A DNA stretch of 64,000 bases, taken from NCBI GenBank assembly GCA_002842465.1, contig PHDA01000013.1:3375-67374 (forward strand), in the 5' to 3' direction. Source of the DNA: Bacteroidetes bacterium HGW-Bacteroidetes-7. Lineage in GTDB: Bacteria > Bacteroidota > Bacteroidia > Bacteroidales > UBA932. Of this stretch, positions 48,539 to 57,579 are shown one piece after another (position 1 is the stretch's first letter; each line of letters starts with the position of its first letter). A program made the position numbers and the translations under genes. Below the pieces are notes generated by a model. That model had not been told where the DNA came from and searched no databases. It saw nothing but the letters and a program-made list of their open reading frames with translations.

Positions 48539-49306
48539 CTACTTCAGTTTGAATATATATGTGATTGTACCCTCCTGAACAGCAGGGGCATTTGCACTTA
48601 GATTGAATTTTGCCTTTAATGCTGCTTTTCTTGCAGCCTCCCATAGGGTTCTGTCCTGCACAGTTGTGCCTGTAGACCCGGAGGTGGCGCTGATAACTGT
48701 TCCGTATTGATCGACAGATATCTTTACCACTACAGTTCCCGATTTATTGACAGCATATTCCGGTTCAGGGAGCGAACCCATTACACTTCTTCCGGCCAAT
48801 CTTGCCTGAGGTACACCATCAACAGATCCAACGCGGGTATTTCCATCGGCATGTCCCGGAGTAAGGTCTCTGCCGGCTTCACGGGCAACCTGAGGTGCTG
48901 TGGAATCTGCATTTGATGCAGATGGGAACAGAGCCCTTTTATCAATTACCGGCCTAGGAGGTTCATATTGTTCGACATCACCTTTGTCACCGGCAGTGGC
49001 CTCGGCACCCCTGTTGGCTCCAGTACCTGTTATTGGAGACTGGGATCTTTGGACAAGCCTTATATCCTCGTTGGGATTTGGGTTTTCAACTCTTGGTTCG
49101 TTCCCCGAACTCACCTGAATAGGTTTAGGGGGTTGAAGTTCAAAGTCAACCTCAATTCCTGTCTCTGCAGGGGGAGGATAAACTACCTTAAAGCCCGTTG
49201 TAAAGAAGAGAGAGACAAGCAGAATATGAAATCCTGATGCCATGTAAACGCCAATGAATTTAGCGCGTTTCTCCGCTTTGGTAGGTTTAAAAGGTAGCTT
49301 TGCCAT
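48539..49306 (-). CDS. tonB: TonB-family energy transducer
   Basis: N-terminal TM anchor, Pro-rich spacer (YPPPAETGIEVDFELQPPKP) and a C-terminal TonB domain (GTVVVKISVDQYGTV). Located downstream of exbBD. Confidence 0.85.
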   Translation of the reverse strand: MAKLPFKPTKAEKRAKFIGVYMASGFHILLVSLFFTTGFKVVYPPPAETGIEVDFELQPPKPIQVSSGNEPRVENPNPNEDIRLVQRSQSPITGTGANRGAEATAGDKGDVEQYEPPRPVIDKRALFPSASNADSTAPQVAREAGRDLTPGHADGNTRVGSVDGVPQARLAGRSVMGSLPEPEYAVNKSGTVVVKISVDQYGTVISATSGSTGTTVQDRTLWEAARKAALKAKFNLSANAPAVQEGTITYIFKLK

Positions 49307-49320
49307 TATTATTAATTGTA

Positions 49321-49734
49321 CTATTCAGGTGCAGTAGCAAGAATTATTCTGTACTGATTTCGCTTTGCAATGTTCATTATGTTAACAACTTGCTCCATTG
49401 GTACGGTTTTGTCAACATGAAGAGACAAGGTTGGCTCATCTTCTTCCTGAAGTTCGCCTTGAATAAGCCTTTCAATATCACTTAAAGGTACAGGCGTGTT
49501 TCTGCCGTTAATATGATATGAGAAGGTATTAGTTTGCAGGTAGTGTTTAATTGAGACGCTAACCATTGTTTTTGCAGCAACCTGATTTGTGCTCTTTGGT
49601 AAGAGTAATTTCAGGGCATTAGGGTTAACCAGTGTAGATGTCACCAGGAAGAAGACAAGCAAAAGAAATACTATGTCTGTCATTGATGACATACTAAACG
49701 ATGGGTTAACCTTTGCACGACGCTTTATTGCCAT
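49321..49734 (-). CDS. exbD: Biopolymer transport protein ExbD/TolR
   Basis: 137 aa with the typical N-terminus (MTDIVFLLLVFFLV) and a single TM helix. Confidence 0.9.
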   Translation of the reverse strand: MAIKRRAKVNPSFSMSSMTDIVFLLLVFFLVTSTLVNPNALKLLLPKSTNQVAAKTMVSVSIKHYLQTNTFSYHINGRNTPVPLSDIERLIQGELQEEDEPTLSLHVDKTVPMEQVVNIMNIAKRNQYRIILATAPE

Positions 49735-49746
49735 AACTTATATCTT

Positions 49747-50451
49747 TTATTTGCCCGCAGGTTCGTGAAGAAGATCCATGAATTCGATGGTATTGCTCTC
49801 CATCTTGTAAACTATATCGTCAATTCTGGCAGTGAGATAGTTGTACCCAAAATAGGCTAAAATACCAACTATCAGACCAGCAACGGTTGTAACCATAGCT
49901 GTATAGATACCTCCTGAAAGAAGTGTAATATCTACGTTACTTCCAGCCTGTGACATATTGTAAAAAGCCTGAATCATACCTATCACAGTACCAAGGAAAC
50001 CTAACATAGGAGCACCCCCGGCAATTGTAGCCAACATTGGAAGACCCTTTTCAAGGCGAGAAACCTCAACATTACCCATATTCTCGACAGCAGTCTGGAT
50101 GTCGTTTAAAGGGCGACCAATGCGCTCGACACCCTTTTCAATAAGGCGGGCGATAGGCGTCTCCTGCGACTGGCATAGACTAATAGCTGCTTTAATTTTT
50201 CCTTCGTGAATGTAATCATGAATATTTCTCATGAAGTTTTCATCTGTCTTAGAGGCATTTCTGATTGCCCACCATCTTTCACCAAAAATGTAAAGTGTAA
50301 GTATAGAGAGTAAAAGCAGAGGAATCATAATCCATCCGCCTTTGAAGGCCATCTCTATAAGGGAAAACGACAGTGTCTCCTTTACCGGAGGAATCTGAGC
50401 AATAGCCTCGGCAGCGTCCTGCCCAAAAGCCATAAGAAAATGAGTGATCAT
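49747..50451 (-). CDS. exbB: MotA/TolQ/ExbB proton-channel protein
   Basis: 234 aa, 3 TM helices, with the conserved LATIAGGAPMLGFLGTVIGMI block. Confidence 0.9.
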   Translation of the reverse strand: MITHFLMAFGQDAAEAIAQIPPVKETLSFSLIEMAFKGGWIMIPLLLLSILTLYIFGERWWAIRNASKTDENFMRNIHDYIHEGKIKAAISLCQSQETPIARLIEKGVERIGRPLNDIQTAVENMGNVEVSRLEKGLPMLATIAGGAPMLGFLGTVIGMIQAFYNMSQAGSNVDITLLSGGIYTAMVTTVAGLIVGILAYFGYNYLTARIDDIVYKMESNTIEFMDLLHEPAGK

Positions 50452-50503
50452 AATGTTTAAAGGTTGTATTACTTATTATTTATCTCTTAATTGTGTCAAT
50501 CTG

Positions 50504-50511
50504 CAAAAATA
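50504..50511 (-). promoter_or_regulatory. Candidate -7 box TATTTTTG for exbB-exbD-tonB
   Basis: TAnnTTTG match 53 nt upstream of the exbB ATG. Confidence 0.4.
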
Positions 50512-50529
50512 CAATAATTGAGCCACACC

Positions 50530-51159
50530 TCAAAGTATAATTAATTGAGAATTCAGTTTCCCGGCTGTTGAAATCATTCCGGCGGCAACATCACTTGCCT
50601 TTATTCCTTTGTATTTTTTTAAGGGACCTACAAACAGCCAACTCACAGCCTTGAAGATGAATGTACCGACCTGCTCACCAAAACGAAACTCATCTCTTTT
50701 ACCCAAAAGAAGCGATGGCCTTACTATCTGCAGGTTTCCACTGAATGCCTCTCTTACAGATTGCTCCATTTTGCCTTTGGTGCTGAGGTAGAAGTTTGAA
50801 GAGGTGCTCTTTGCTCCAATTGAAGAGATAACCGAAACAACAGGAATTTTAAGTCTTTCGGCAAGGTGTGCAATCTTTAGCGGAATATCATGATCTGTGT
50901 GGAAAAAACTCTCTTTAGTTCCGGCTTTTTTTATGGTAGTCCCGATGCATATAAAATAGACATCTGCAACAAGGTTCTCTGCAAAAAAATCAATAGTACT
51001 AAAGTCCGCCAAAGTCAAGACTTTGAGTTTAGGGTTTGAGATTCCCGGATCTCTTCTTACCACTGATGTAACAGAGGTAAAAATCTCATTTGTTAAAAGC
51101 TGTTTGACCACCTCTTTTCCTACAAGGCCGGTAGCTCCGAACACAACTGCCCTTTTCAT
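50530..51159 (-). CDS. NAD(P)H-binding atypical SDR-like oxidoreductase
   Basis: N-terminal Rossmann motif VFGATGLVGKEV. 209 aa. Confidence 0.7.
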   Translation of the reverse strand: MKRAVVFGATGLVGKEVVKQLLTNEIFTSVTSVVRRDPGISNPKLKVLTLADFSTIDFFAENLVADVYFICIGTTIKKAGTKESFFHTDHDIPLKIAHLAERLKIPVVSVISSIGAKSTSSNFYLSTKGKMEQSVREAFSGNLQIVRPSLLLGKRDEFRFGEQVGTFIFKAVSWLFVGPLKKYKGIKASDVAAGMISTAGKLNSQLIIL

Positions 51160-51190
51160 GATTTCATAATGTTAATATCTGACTTAAAGG

Positions 51191-51226
51191 TAAATAAAAA
51201 TCCGACAGAGTGTACTCTGCCGGATT
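51191..51226 (-). terminator. Rho-independent terminator after GIN-domain lipoprotein gene
   Basis: On the - strand, AATCCGGCAGAG-4 nt-CTCTGTCGGATT forms a 12-bp stem with one G.U pair, followed by TTTTATTT. Confidence 0.7.
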
Positions 51227-51263
51227 GGTTTTATGTATATATTTAATTTTGAGGAGATTCTGA

Positions 51264-51983
51264 CTAGCGCGTTTTATTTACTATAGAACCACCTGAAAGA
51301 TTGCTGGTTATGAATGGATTGCCTTTAAAAAAGACTTTGCTTCCCCCTGAACCGTTTACATGAAGGTTTTGCTTTGCATAAATTTCGGCATAACCTCCTC
51401 CGGATACAGTAATATCACAATCCAGTGACTCAAGGTAGTTAAACCAGGTTTTGCTTCCGCCGGATGAATTTATATTCAGATAATCGGCAAATCCCGCTAG
51501 GTCAGCTTTTGAACCACCTGAAAGAGATACGTCAAGTGAAATCAAGTCAACATCGCCAAACAGGTCTCCACCTCCGCTCACATGAATATCCAATTTGTTT
51601 CCAACCCAAAGGTTATCAAAAACAATTGACCCTCCACCACTTGATGAAACATTATCAAGGTAATCTGTTGACACATAAACCCTGACAACTGCACCCCAGC
51701 CAAATATTATACCTCTTCTGCAGTAGACTCTCAAAGTGCTACCAATAACTTCAACCTCGATATACTGGTGAAGGTTCTCTTTGGCCTCGATAACAACCTC
51801 CTGAGAATTATCTTGTGTGACAATCAGTTCAAAACCGCTTGATACTGCAATATTGTCAAATGTCCTTACCGGCCTCTCATATGCAACTGTGTTACCGTAA
51901 GGGAAAACTGTTTCAAATTTAAGGCAAGAACCAAGAGACAAAACAGCTAATAGAGAAATGATAGAAAAACGTATAAACCTCAT
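51264..51983 (-). CDS. DUF2807 / head-GIN-domain lipoprotein (beta-helix-like SGGG repeats)
   Basis: Lipobox SLGSC with repeated S(S/G)GG(S/D) turns every 20-25 residues. Confidence 0.7.
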   Translation of the reverse strand: MRFIRFSIISLLAVLSLGSCLKFETVFPYGNTVAYERPVRTFDNIAVSSGFELIVTQDNSQEVVIEAKENLHQYIEVEVIGSTLRVYCRRGIIFGWGAVVRVYVSTDYLDNVSSSGGGSIVFDNLWVGNKLDIHVSGGGDLFGDVDLISLDVSLSGGSKADLAGFADYLNINSSGGSKTWFNYLESLDCDITVSGGGYAEIYAKQNLHVNGSGGSKVFFKGNPFITSNLSGGSIVNKTR

Positions 51984-52048
51984 ATTTTGATAAAATTTTA
52001 CACATTAGACGAAAAAGTGTGCCAAAATGTTGCAAACAATTATAAAAA

Positions 52049-52744
52049 TTATCCATGTTTTGCAATCTCTGCAAGCATTGTCTTGTTTACCAATATGATA
52101 TCTTTTTCTGAAAGTTTGATTAAACCCTCTTTTTCGAATGTTTTTAAAAGTTTTATCCCGTTTTCGGTAGAGATTCCGGCAAATTCTGAAACATCTTTCC
52201 TTGTAAGAAGCGTGAAAATATCCGGATGGTCGTTTTTGAGTTGGTTCAGATAAAGAAGAGTTGATGCCATTCTCCCGTTCATCTGCTTGTAAAGAACTGA
52301 TCCTAATGTTTCGTAAAGATTTGCATTATGAAGGCAGTATCTTTTTACAATATTCATTGTGAAAGCTGCATTTGTCTTCATTACAGATGCGATAGCCTCT
52401 TTTTCTATTAGAAAGCAGTGGCTGTCTGTAATTGATGTAACAGAATACTGAAAAATACTTGCCGAAAATACAGATGAGAGTCCGATAAATTCTCCCGGAC
52501 CAATTATTCTGAGATTGTGGCTTTTATTACCAGGACCCTCAACGTACTGCTTTGACAATCCGTTTATGACAAAGAGCACATAAGAGGCAAATACACCCTG
52601 TTTGGTTATACCGTCTCCTTTGCGAAAAAGTACCTGAGTCTTACTGTTTCTTATTAAAGTAAGTTCGTCCTGAGAGAGCATCTGAAAACAGGGGGCACTA
52701 ATCTCACATACATACTGACTGTCGTTTTCCAGGATTGTTTTCAT
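52049..52744 (-). CDS. Crp/Fnr-family transcriptional regulator
   Basis: cNMP-binding-like beta-roll followed by a C-terminal HTH (RKDVSEFAGISTENGIKLLKTFEKEGLI). The start at the 52744 ATG (MKTILEND) is preferred because a -7 box lies inside the longer ORF. Confidence 0.85.
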   Translation of the reverse strand: MKTILENDSQYVCEISAPCFQMLSQDELTLIRNSKTQVLFRKGDGITKQGVFASYVLFVINGLSKQYVEGPGNKSHNLRIIGPGEFIGLSSVFSASIFQYSVTSITDSHCFLIEKEAIASVMKTNAAFTMNIVKRYCLHNANLYETLGSVLYKQMNGRMASTLLYLNQLKNDHPDIFTLLTRKDVSEFAGISTENGIKLLKTFEKEGLIKLSEKDIILVNKTMLAEIAKHG

Positions 52745-52769
52745 AATAAATTGAATATTCAGGTTAATG

Positions 52770-52777
52770 CAAAGATA
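52770..52777 (-). promoter_or_regulatory. Candidate -7 box TATCTTTG for the Crp/Fnr gene
   Basis: TAnnTTTG match 26 nt upstream of the ATG at 52744. Confidence 0.45.
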
Positions 52778-52880
52778 AACTATTTGATTCAGATGCAGAG
52801 CAGCTTTTTGTATGATGTAAATCATGTTTTAATATGATGCGTTAGTATTGTAAATGCTTTGTAATTAATAAAATAGAGCG

Positions 52881-52888
52881 TAATTTTG
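52881..52888 (+). promoter_or_regulatory. Candidate -7 box TAATTTTG for thioredoxin-like/trxB pair
   Basis: TAnnTTTG match 41 nt upstream of the ATG at 52929, divergent from the Crp/Fnr gene. Confidence 0.45.
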
Positions 52889-52928
52889 TGCCATGATTTT
52901 ATATTATTAATCTTTTAAAAATTAAGCA

Positions 52929-53282
52929 ATGTTATACACAAATTTAAAACACATAGAATCGGCAGCCGATCACTCAACAATACTAAAGGAAAACGAAAAT
53001 GTAATGGTAATATGCGGAAGAATGGGCCCAATGTGCATTCCTGTATATGAAATTGCAGAGGAGCTTGAGGGGGAGTATAAGCATGTTAAGTTTTATGATC
53101 TGGAATTTGATAATCCGGAATCACACGTAATTAGAAATCTACCTGAAGTAAGAGGATTTATGGGTATTCCATTTACAATTTACTACAAGAACGGAAAAGT
53201 TGTTAAGGCAACATCAAGTATCCAGACCAGAGAACAGGTAACCGCAATTCTTAATGCAGAATTCGGGAAGCCTTCAAATTAA
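52929..53282 (+). CDS. Thioredoxin-fold protein with non-canonical active site (C-x6-C, GPMC instead of CGPC)
   Basis: 117 aa. It aligns by eye to thioredoxin (VMVICGRMGPMCIPVYEIAEELEGEY against [27 protein letters not shown]). The cis-Pro region GIPFTIYYKNGK is present. The nucleophilic Cys position is not Cys. Confidence 0.7.
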   Translation: MLYTNLKHIESAADHSTILKENENVMVICGRMGPMCIPVYEIAEELEGEYKHVKFYDLEFDNPESHVIRNLPEVRGFMGIPFTIYYKNGKVVKATSSIQTREQVTAILNAEFGKPSN

Positions 53283-53289
53283 TTTTGTG

Positions 53290-54237
53290 ATGGAAGCAAC
53301 AATACATTACGATACTATCGTTATTGGTGCAGGACCTGCCGGCTTAACAGCCGGCATTTACCTCTCCAGAGCCCGTCTAAAAACTCTTATAATTAGTGAG
53401 GGAGTTGTTGGAGGGCAGATGGTGCTGACTCACGAGATTGCCAACTATCCCGGTGTTGAAAGCATCAGTGGATATCAGCTGGCAAACATCATGAAAAAGC
53501 AGGCAAAATCATTTGGTTGTGAAATAAAATCAAATGTTAAAATTGACAAAATTGAACTTGAAGGCGATATTAAGCAGGTGGTGTTATCTGATGGCAAAGA
53601 GTACACAGCCGACTCAATAATTCTAACATCCGGAGGCCGTTCCAGAACACTTGGAGTAACAGGGGAAGATAAATTCAAAGGGAGAGGTATCTCGTATTGC
53701 GCCACTTGTGACGGAGATTTCTTTACCGACAAAGAGATAGTTGTTGTAGGTGGAGGCAATTCAGCTCTGGAAGAGGCTGTTTCGCTTACAAAATACGCTA
53801 CCAAAGTTACCATAGTTCATCAGTTTGACCATTTTCAGGCATTTGAACACGCAGTACAGGAGGCAAAAAGCAACCCGAAGATTCAATTTAAGATGGAATC
53901 TATGGTTACAGCATTTTATGGTGAGGAGAAGCTGGAAAGCGTTGATATAAAAAACCTGAAAACAGGCGAAACTGAGAATTTCAAAACTGACGGAACATTT
54001 ATATTTATCGGATATGTGCCCAATACCGAATTTTTAAAAGGAAAAGTTGAGATGAATCAGTGGGGAGAGATTATTACAGGTAGTGATATGTCAACAAACA
54101 TACCTGGCGTTTATGCAGGAGGTGACAGTGTTACAAAACGATACAGACAGGTAACTACAGCTGTTGGTGACGGTACAATTGCGGCATTAGCTGCCTCGAG
54201 TTATCTTCATAACAGAAGAATCGCAAAACTTACATAG
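53290..54237 (+). CDS. trxB: Thioredoxin-reductase-like flavoprotein (CATC redox centre; NADPH-specificity arginines absent)
   Basis: FAD motif VIGAGPAGLTAG, redox-active YCATCDG and dinucleotide motif GGGNSALEEA. The HRRxxxR block reads HQFDHFQ. The ATG at 53290 (MEATIHYDTIVIG) is preferred over 53254. Confidence 0.85.
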   Translation: MEATIHYDTIVIGAGPAGLTAGIYLSRARLKTLIISEGVVGGQMVLTHEIANYPGVESISGYQLANIMKKQAKSFGCEIKSNVKIDKIELEGDIKQVVLSDGKEYTADSIILTSGGRSRTLGVTGEDKFKGRGISYCATCDGDFFTDKEIVVVGGGNSALEEAVSLTKYATKVTIVHQFDHFQAFEHAVQEAKSNPKIQFKMESMVTAFYGEEKLESVDIKNLKTGETENFKTDGTFIFIGYVPNTEFLKGKVEMNQWGEIITGSDMSTNIPGVYAGGDSVTKRYRQVTTAVGDGTIAALAASSYLHNRRIAKLT

Positions 54238-54316
54238 ACCAAATACAGTTTAGGGAAATCTGTTTTGTTTTATTGGCATGGAAGTGTTAAATTTATAACC
54301 TGAAAGAACTTCTTAA

Positions 54317-55768
54317 ATGACAAAAACAGGCAATTTTATTATAAGAACAATAGTTCTGCTGGCCGTATTATATACACCTGCAGAGCTGTTTGCATTTAAA
54401 GATCAATCAGAACCGAGCGACACCGTTAAAATTCCTGAGGCTGCTCTATTTCTAAGCGAGTATGTCTCAATACCATCAATATCGGGAAATGAGAATGAAG
54501 CAGCATATTTTTTTGCTAAAAAATGCGAGGAGGCAGGGCTGCATGTCCATTTTATATCTGATGATCCGGGATCGGTAAATTTTGCTGCCTCGTTATACCC
54601 TCTATCCAGCGGAAAGCCCAACATTATTTTTCAGAACCACATTGATGTAGTTCCTGCAGGTGACACCTCATTTTGGAGGTTTCCCCCTTTTGAAGGAAGA
54701 ATTGCAGAAGGAAGAGTGTGGGGTAGAGGAGCCCTTGATAACAAAGGCCTTGCTGTTGTACAGTTTTTTGCCATCAAGAGCATACTGGATATGGCCAAAG
54801 AGACAGAGTTGCCATACAATGTAACCCTTTTAAGTGTTTCAGGAGAGGAGACAAGCAGCTCTACCGGTGCAATGATAGTAGCTAAGAATTTTAAAGAGGT
54901 CTTTAACCCGGCTGTTGTTATCGGAGAGGGCGGATCCGGTATGGAAAATTTAAGTATTGCCCCAAAAGTAAAGCAGATATTTGGAATCTCGATTGCAGAG
55001 AAAGAGCATTTGTGGCTTAAACTTACGTGGAGAACCGAAAATGCAGGTCACACCTCAATTGCAGAGGAAAATAACTCAACATTACTATTTGTAAACGGCC
55101 TCAGCAAGCTTTTAAATACCCCTATGCCAATTATAATTACTCCGGAAAGTGAGTTAATGATGAAATCACTAGGGAGAGAGGTTGGAGGTATTGTGGGAAA
55201 GGTTATGAACAACCCTGACGGAAAAATTTTTCAGAAATTTGTGAAGAAGTATGCCGTTGAGAATCCTGAACTTGGAGATTTGTTCACAAATAAAATTACA
55301 CTTTCGGGAGTTTCATCAAATAACCAAAGCATGAACCAGAATTCATCAGAGGTGAATGCCTATCTTGACTGCCGATTACTTCCCGGTGTAACTGCCGACG
55401 AGATGATTAGTTACATCTGTTCATTAATAAATGATCCTGAAATGACTGTTTCTGTAATAAGTTTGGGTAAAGGCGGAGGTAAAGGTACAATGCCGGAATT
55501 TTTCTTCGATAAAATTTCAGATGCAATTAAATATGAATTCCAGGGGGCATCCGTAATCCCTATGCTCTTCCCGGCTTCGGCAGACAATGTATATTTTCGA
55601 CAAGAGGGTGTTCCTGTTTATGGACTAAACCCATTTATTGTTGATTATGAGCAAATAAACGCCATCCATAATTACAATGAATTTATTGATATTGAAGACC
55701 TTGTAAGGGGAATAAGCGTCTACTCTTTTCTATTAAAAGACCTTCTGACAACTTCTGAAGAGGACTAA
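54317..55768 (+). CDS. Secreted M20-family metallopeptidase/dipeptidase
   Basis: Signal peptide, then NHIDVVPAGD...W..PPF and GRGALDNKG motifs typical of M20 peptidases. Confidence 0.8.
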   Translation: MTKTGNFIIRTIVLLAVLYTPAELFAFKDQSEPSDTVKIPEAALFLSEYVSIPSISGNENEAAYFFAKKCEEAGLHVHFISDDPGSVNFAASLYPLSSGKPNIIFQNHIDVVPAGDTSFWRFPPFEGRIAEGRVWGRGALDNKGLAVVQFFAIKSILDMAKETELPYNVTLLSVSGEETSSSTGAMIVAKNFKEVFNPAVVIGEGGSGMENLSIAPKVKQIFGISIAEKEHLWLKLTWRTENAGHTSIAEENNSTLLFVNGLSKLLNTPMPIIITPESELMMKSLGREVGGIVGKVMNNPDGKIFQKFVKKYAVENPELGDLFTNKITLSGVSSNNQSMNQNSSEVNAYLDCRLLPGVTADEMISYICSLINDPEMTVSVISLGKGGGKGTMPEFFFDKISDAIKYEFQGASVIPMLFPASADNVYFRQEGVPVYGLNPFIVDYEQINAIHNYNEFIDIEDLVRGISVYSFLLKDLLTTSEED

Positions 55769-55792
55769 GACTTTTTAACCGTCACCCTCTTC

Positions 55793-56203
55793 TTAATCAA
55801 GTTCATTCTTCTTAATCAGGTAGTATCCGCTGGCCAGCGAAAAGATTAATGCTGCAAGCCCAAGATTAGCAAGCCCGTCAGCATCATTAAAGTCATAAGC
55901 TATGAGCTTTCTGCCTATGGCTATCAATCCAATAAGCATAATGTTTAAAACTTTAATAGCGTGTTTCTGAACATAAACGCTAAAAGTATCAATCAACTCA
56001 ATAGCAATCAGTATGTTAAAGAATACAGGCAGAACCTCTTTCAGGAGTGCATTTGAAATAAAGAGGCGACCATCTACGCTAGGCCCGAGTATCCCTTTAA
56101 TAAACTGATACAAAAGCTCAATAATCTCTACAATAATGTAGCAAGCAAGAACAACAACCAGAAATGTGAAGACAATTTTTTCGAATCTTTTAAGCAGGTT
56201 CAT
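55793..56203 (-). CDS. PsiE-like small integral membrane protein
   Basis: 136 aa with 4 TM helices. Size and topology match the phosphate-starvation-inducible PsiE family. This is a weak assignment. Confidence 0.5.
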   Translation of the reverse strand: MNLLKRFEKIVFTFLVVVLACYIIVEIIELLYQFIKGILGPSVDGRLFISNALLKEVLPVFFNILIAIELIDTFSVYVQKHAIKVLNIMLIGLIAIGRKLIAYDFNDADGLANLGLAALIFSLASGYYLIKKNELD

Positions 56204-56232
56204 AGCTTTATGAGTTAAAGGCAGTAATGATA

Positions 56233-56262
56233 TAAAAAATGCCGGACTGTTATTTGTCCGGC
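56233..56262 (-). terminator. Rho-independent terminator after porin gene
   Basis: On the - strand, GCCGGAC-8 nt-GTCCGGC followed by ATTTTTT. Confidence 0.65.
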
Positions 56263-56300
56263 AAGTTAATAAAAATCAGGAAAAAATCCTGTAAAAATCG

Positions 56301-57449
56301 CTAAAAGCTGTACAACACCATGAACTGCGCTCTGTTTGCATTGCCTTTGACATCATTTGTATTAATTCTTGTACCATGGATATACTCCCATGCCATTGTC
56401 AGGTTCTTATATGCGTTCCAGAAAAGAGATGCAGAGAAGTAGCTACCTTTAAAGAAATCGTTATCTTTAGTAATATATAAACCATCATTTTTTTCAAGAC
56501 CTGCCAGAGAGAATGTGCTTGAGGCATATACAGATTTTGAAAAATCAAGTTTAGCACCCAGTGAGATACCATACATAGGCATAGTGCTTAAGGCGTTTAC
56601 AGCTACCGGAAGCAGATCCATATTTTGAGCAGCAAGATCGTTAATATATCTTGCAATACCCTTACCATAAATACCTTGTGAATAAAGAGTAAGCCCCTTA
56701 GCAGGTTTGAAAGTACCACTTAGTTGAACACCAAGGCCTGTTTCAGTTTCAATATCGCTGCTCGATGTGACACCATACTGCAGACTTCTGACTGCACCGG
56801 TTAGTTTTATGTGCCCTTTTGTACCCTTATACTGAATGTAAACCGGCAGATCAGGTACTCTCTGATTAATTGCCTTAAATCCTGTTGCAGTTGTAATCTT
56901 AATTTTTGGTAATTCCAAAGCGACACCCATTGTCCATCCTTTGCCCAGGTTGCCCACGTAACCAATCAGAGGCGTGCGAAAGAAGGTACGGGAGTTAACA
57001 TTTTGGATGTCAATTGTTGGAGCATTTGCAGGAATATCGGTCATAAAGCTCCACGTTTGACCAAAAATAAAACCTTTGAAAGAGACGTAGGCATGTCTTA
57101 TCCTGAAAGTTTCATTTGCACCTCTGAAGTCAGATTCAAGGTACATATCTATGTTGCCTAACTTCTCGGTTTTCTGAGTAATTTTTATGCTAAATCTTGA
57201 GGCTGATGCGTCAATGCTGTTTCTTGACATAAGATCCCAGTTATTTGGGGCAGACATTGTTGAGTTTATGAATTCATAATTCATAATTGTACCGCTAAAG
57301 TCCTGAAAAGCAACAGCTCTGATTGTTCCTCCAATTTTTGCTGTGGTTTTACCGCTTTCTAAAAGCAGTGGAGATTTTTCTGACGTTTGAGAGAGTAACA
57401 GAGACAATGGCAGAATTACAAGAATCGAAGTTAATAGTATTCGTTTCAT
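56301..57449 (-). CDS. Outer-membrane beta-barrel porin (DcaP-like)
   Basis: Signal peptide, alternating beta-strand pattern, the RIRHAYVSFKGFIFGQTWSFMTD block and a C-terminal F. Confidence 0.6.
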   Translation of the reverse strand: MKRILLTSILVILPLSLLLSQTSEKSPLLLESGKTTAKIGGTIRAVAFQDFSGTIMNYEFINSTMSAPNNWDLMSRNSIDASASRFSIKITQKTEKLGNIDMYLESDFRGANETFRIRHAYVSFKGFIFGQTWSFMTDIPANAPTIDIQNVNSRTFFRTPLIGYVGNLGKGWTMGVALELPKIKITTATGFKAINQRVPDLPVYIQYKGTKGHIKLTGAVRSLQYGVTSSSDIETETGLGVQLSGTFKPAKGLTLYSQGIYGKGIARYINDLAAQNMDLLPVAVNALSTMPMYGISLGAKLDFSKSVYASSTFSLAGLEKNDGLYITKDNDFFKGSYFSASLFWNAYKNLTMAWEYIHGTRINTNDVKGNANRAQFMVLYSF

Positions 57450-57497
57450 AGTCTTAAAATTAGGTTATTGATAATATAGTTTAGGCTGATTGTTTAA

Positions 57498-57505
57498 CAA
57501 AAGTA
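57498..57505 (-). promoter_or_regulatory. Candidate -7 box TACTTTTG for porin gene
   Basis: TAnnTTTG match 49 nt upstream of the ATG at 57449. Confidence 0.35.
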
Positions 57506-57579
57506 AACGCTTTTACTATAATATCAAATACTAATTGAATTTTTTTACTCCATTAAGATTAAATTTCTGATAAAAGGGG

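Noticed and set aside
48132-48644. 170-aa - strand ORF spanning the end of the MacB-like permease gene and the start of the tonB region.
   Set aside because: It is antisense to FtsX-domain coding sequence and overlaps the tonB 3' end. Its Cys/Gly-rich sequence resembles no known family.
52745-52825. 27-aa N-terminal extension of the Crp/Fnr ORF.
   Set aside because: It contains the TATCTTTG -7 box and has no resemblance to Crp-family N-termini. MKTILEND at 52744 is the likely start.
53254-53289. Upstream ATG for trxB that overlaps the thioredoxin-like gene.
   Set aside because: MEATIHYDTIVIGAGPAG at 53290 gives the standard distance to the FAD GxGxxG motif. The extension (MQNSGSLQINFV) has no counterpart in TrxR.
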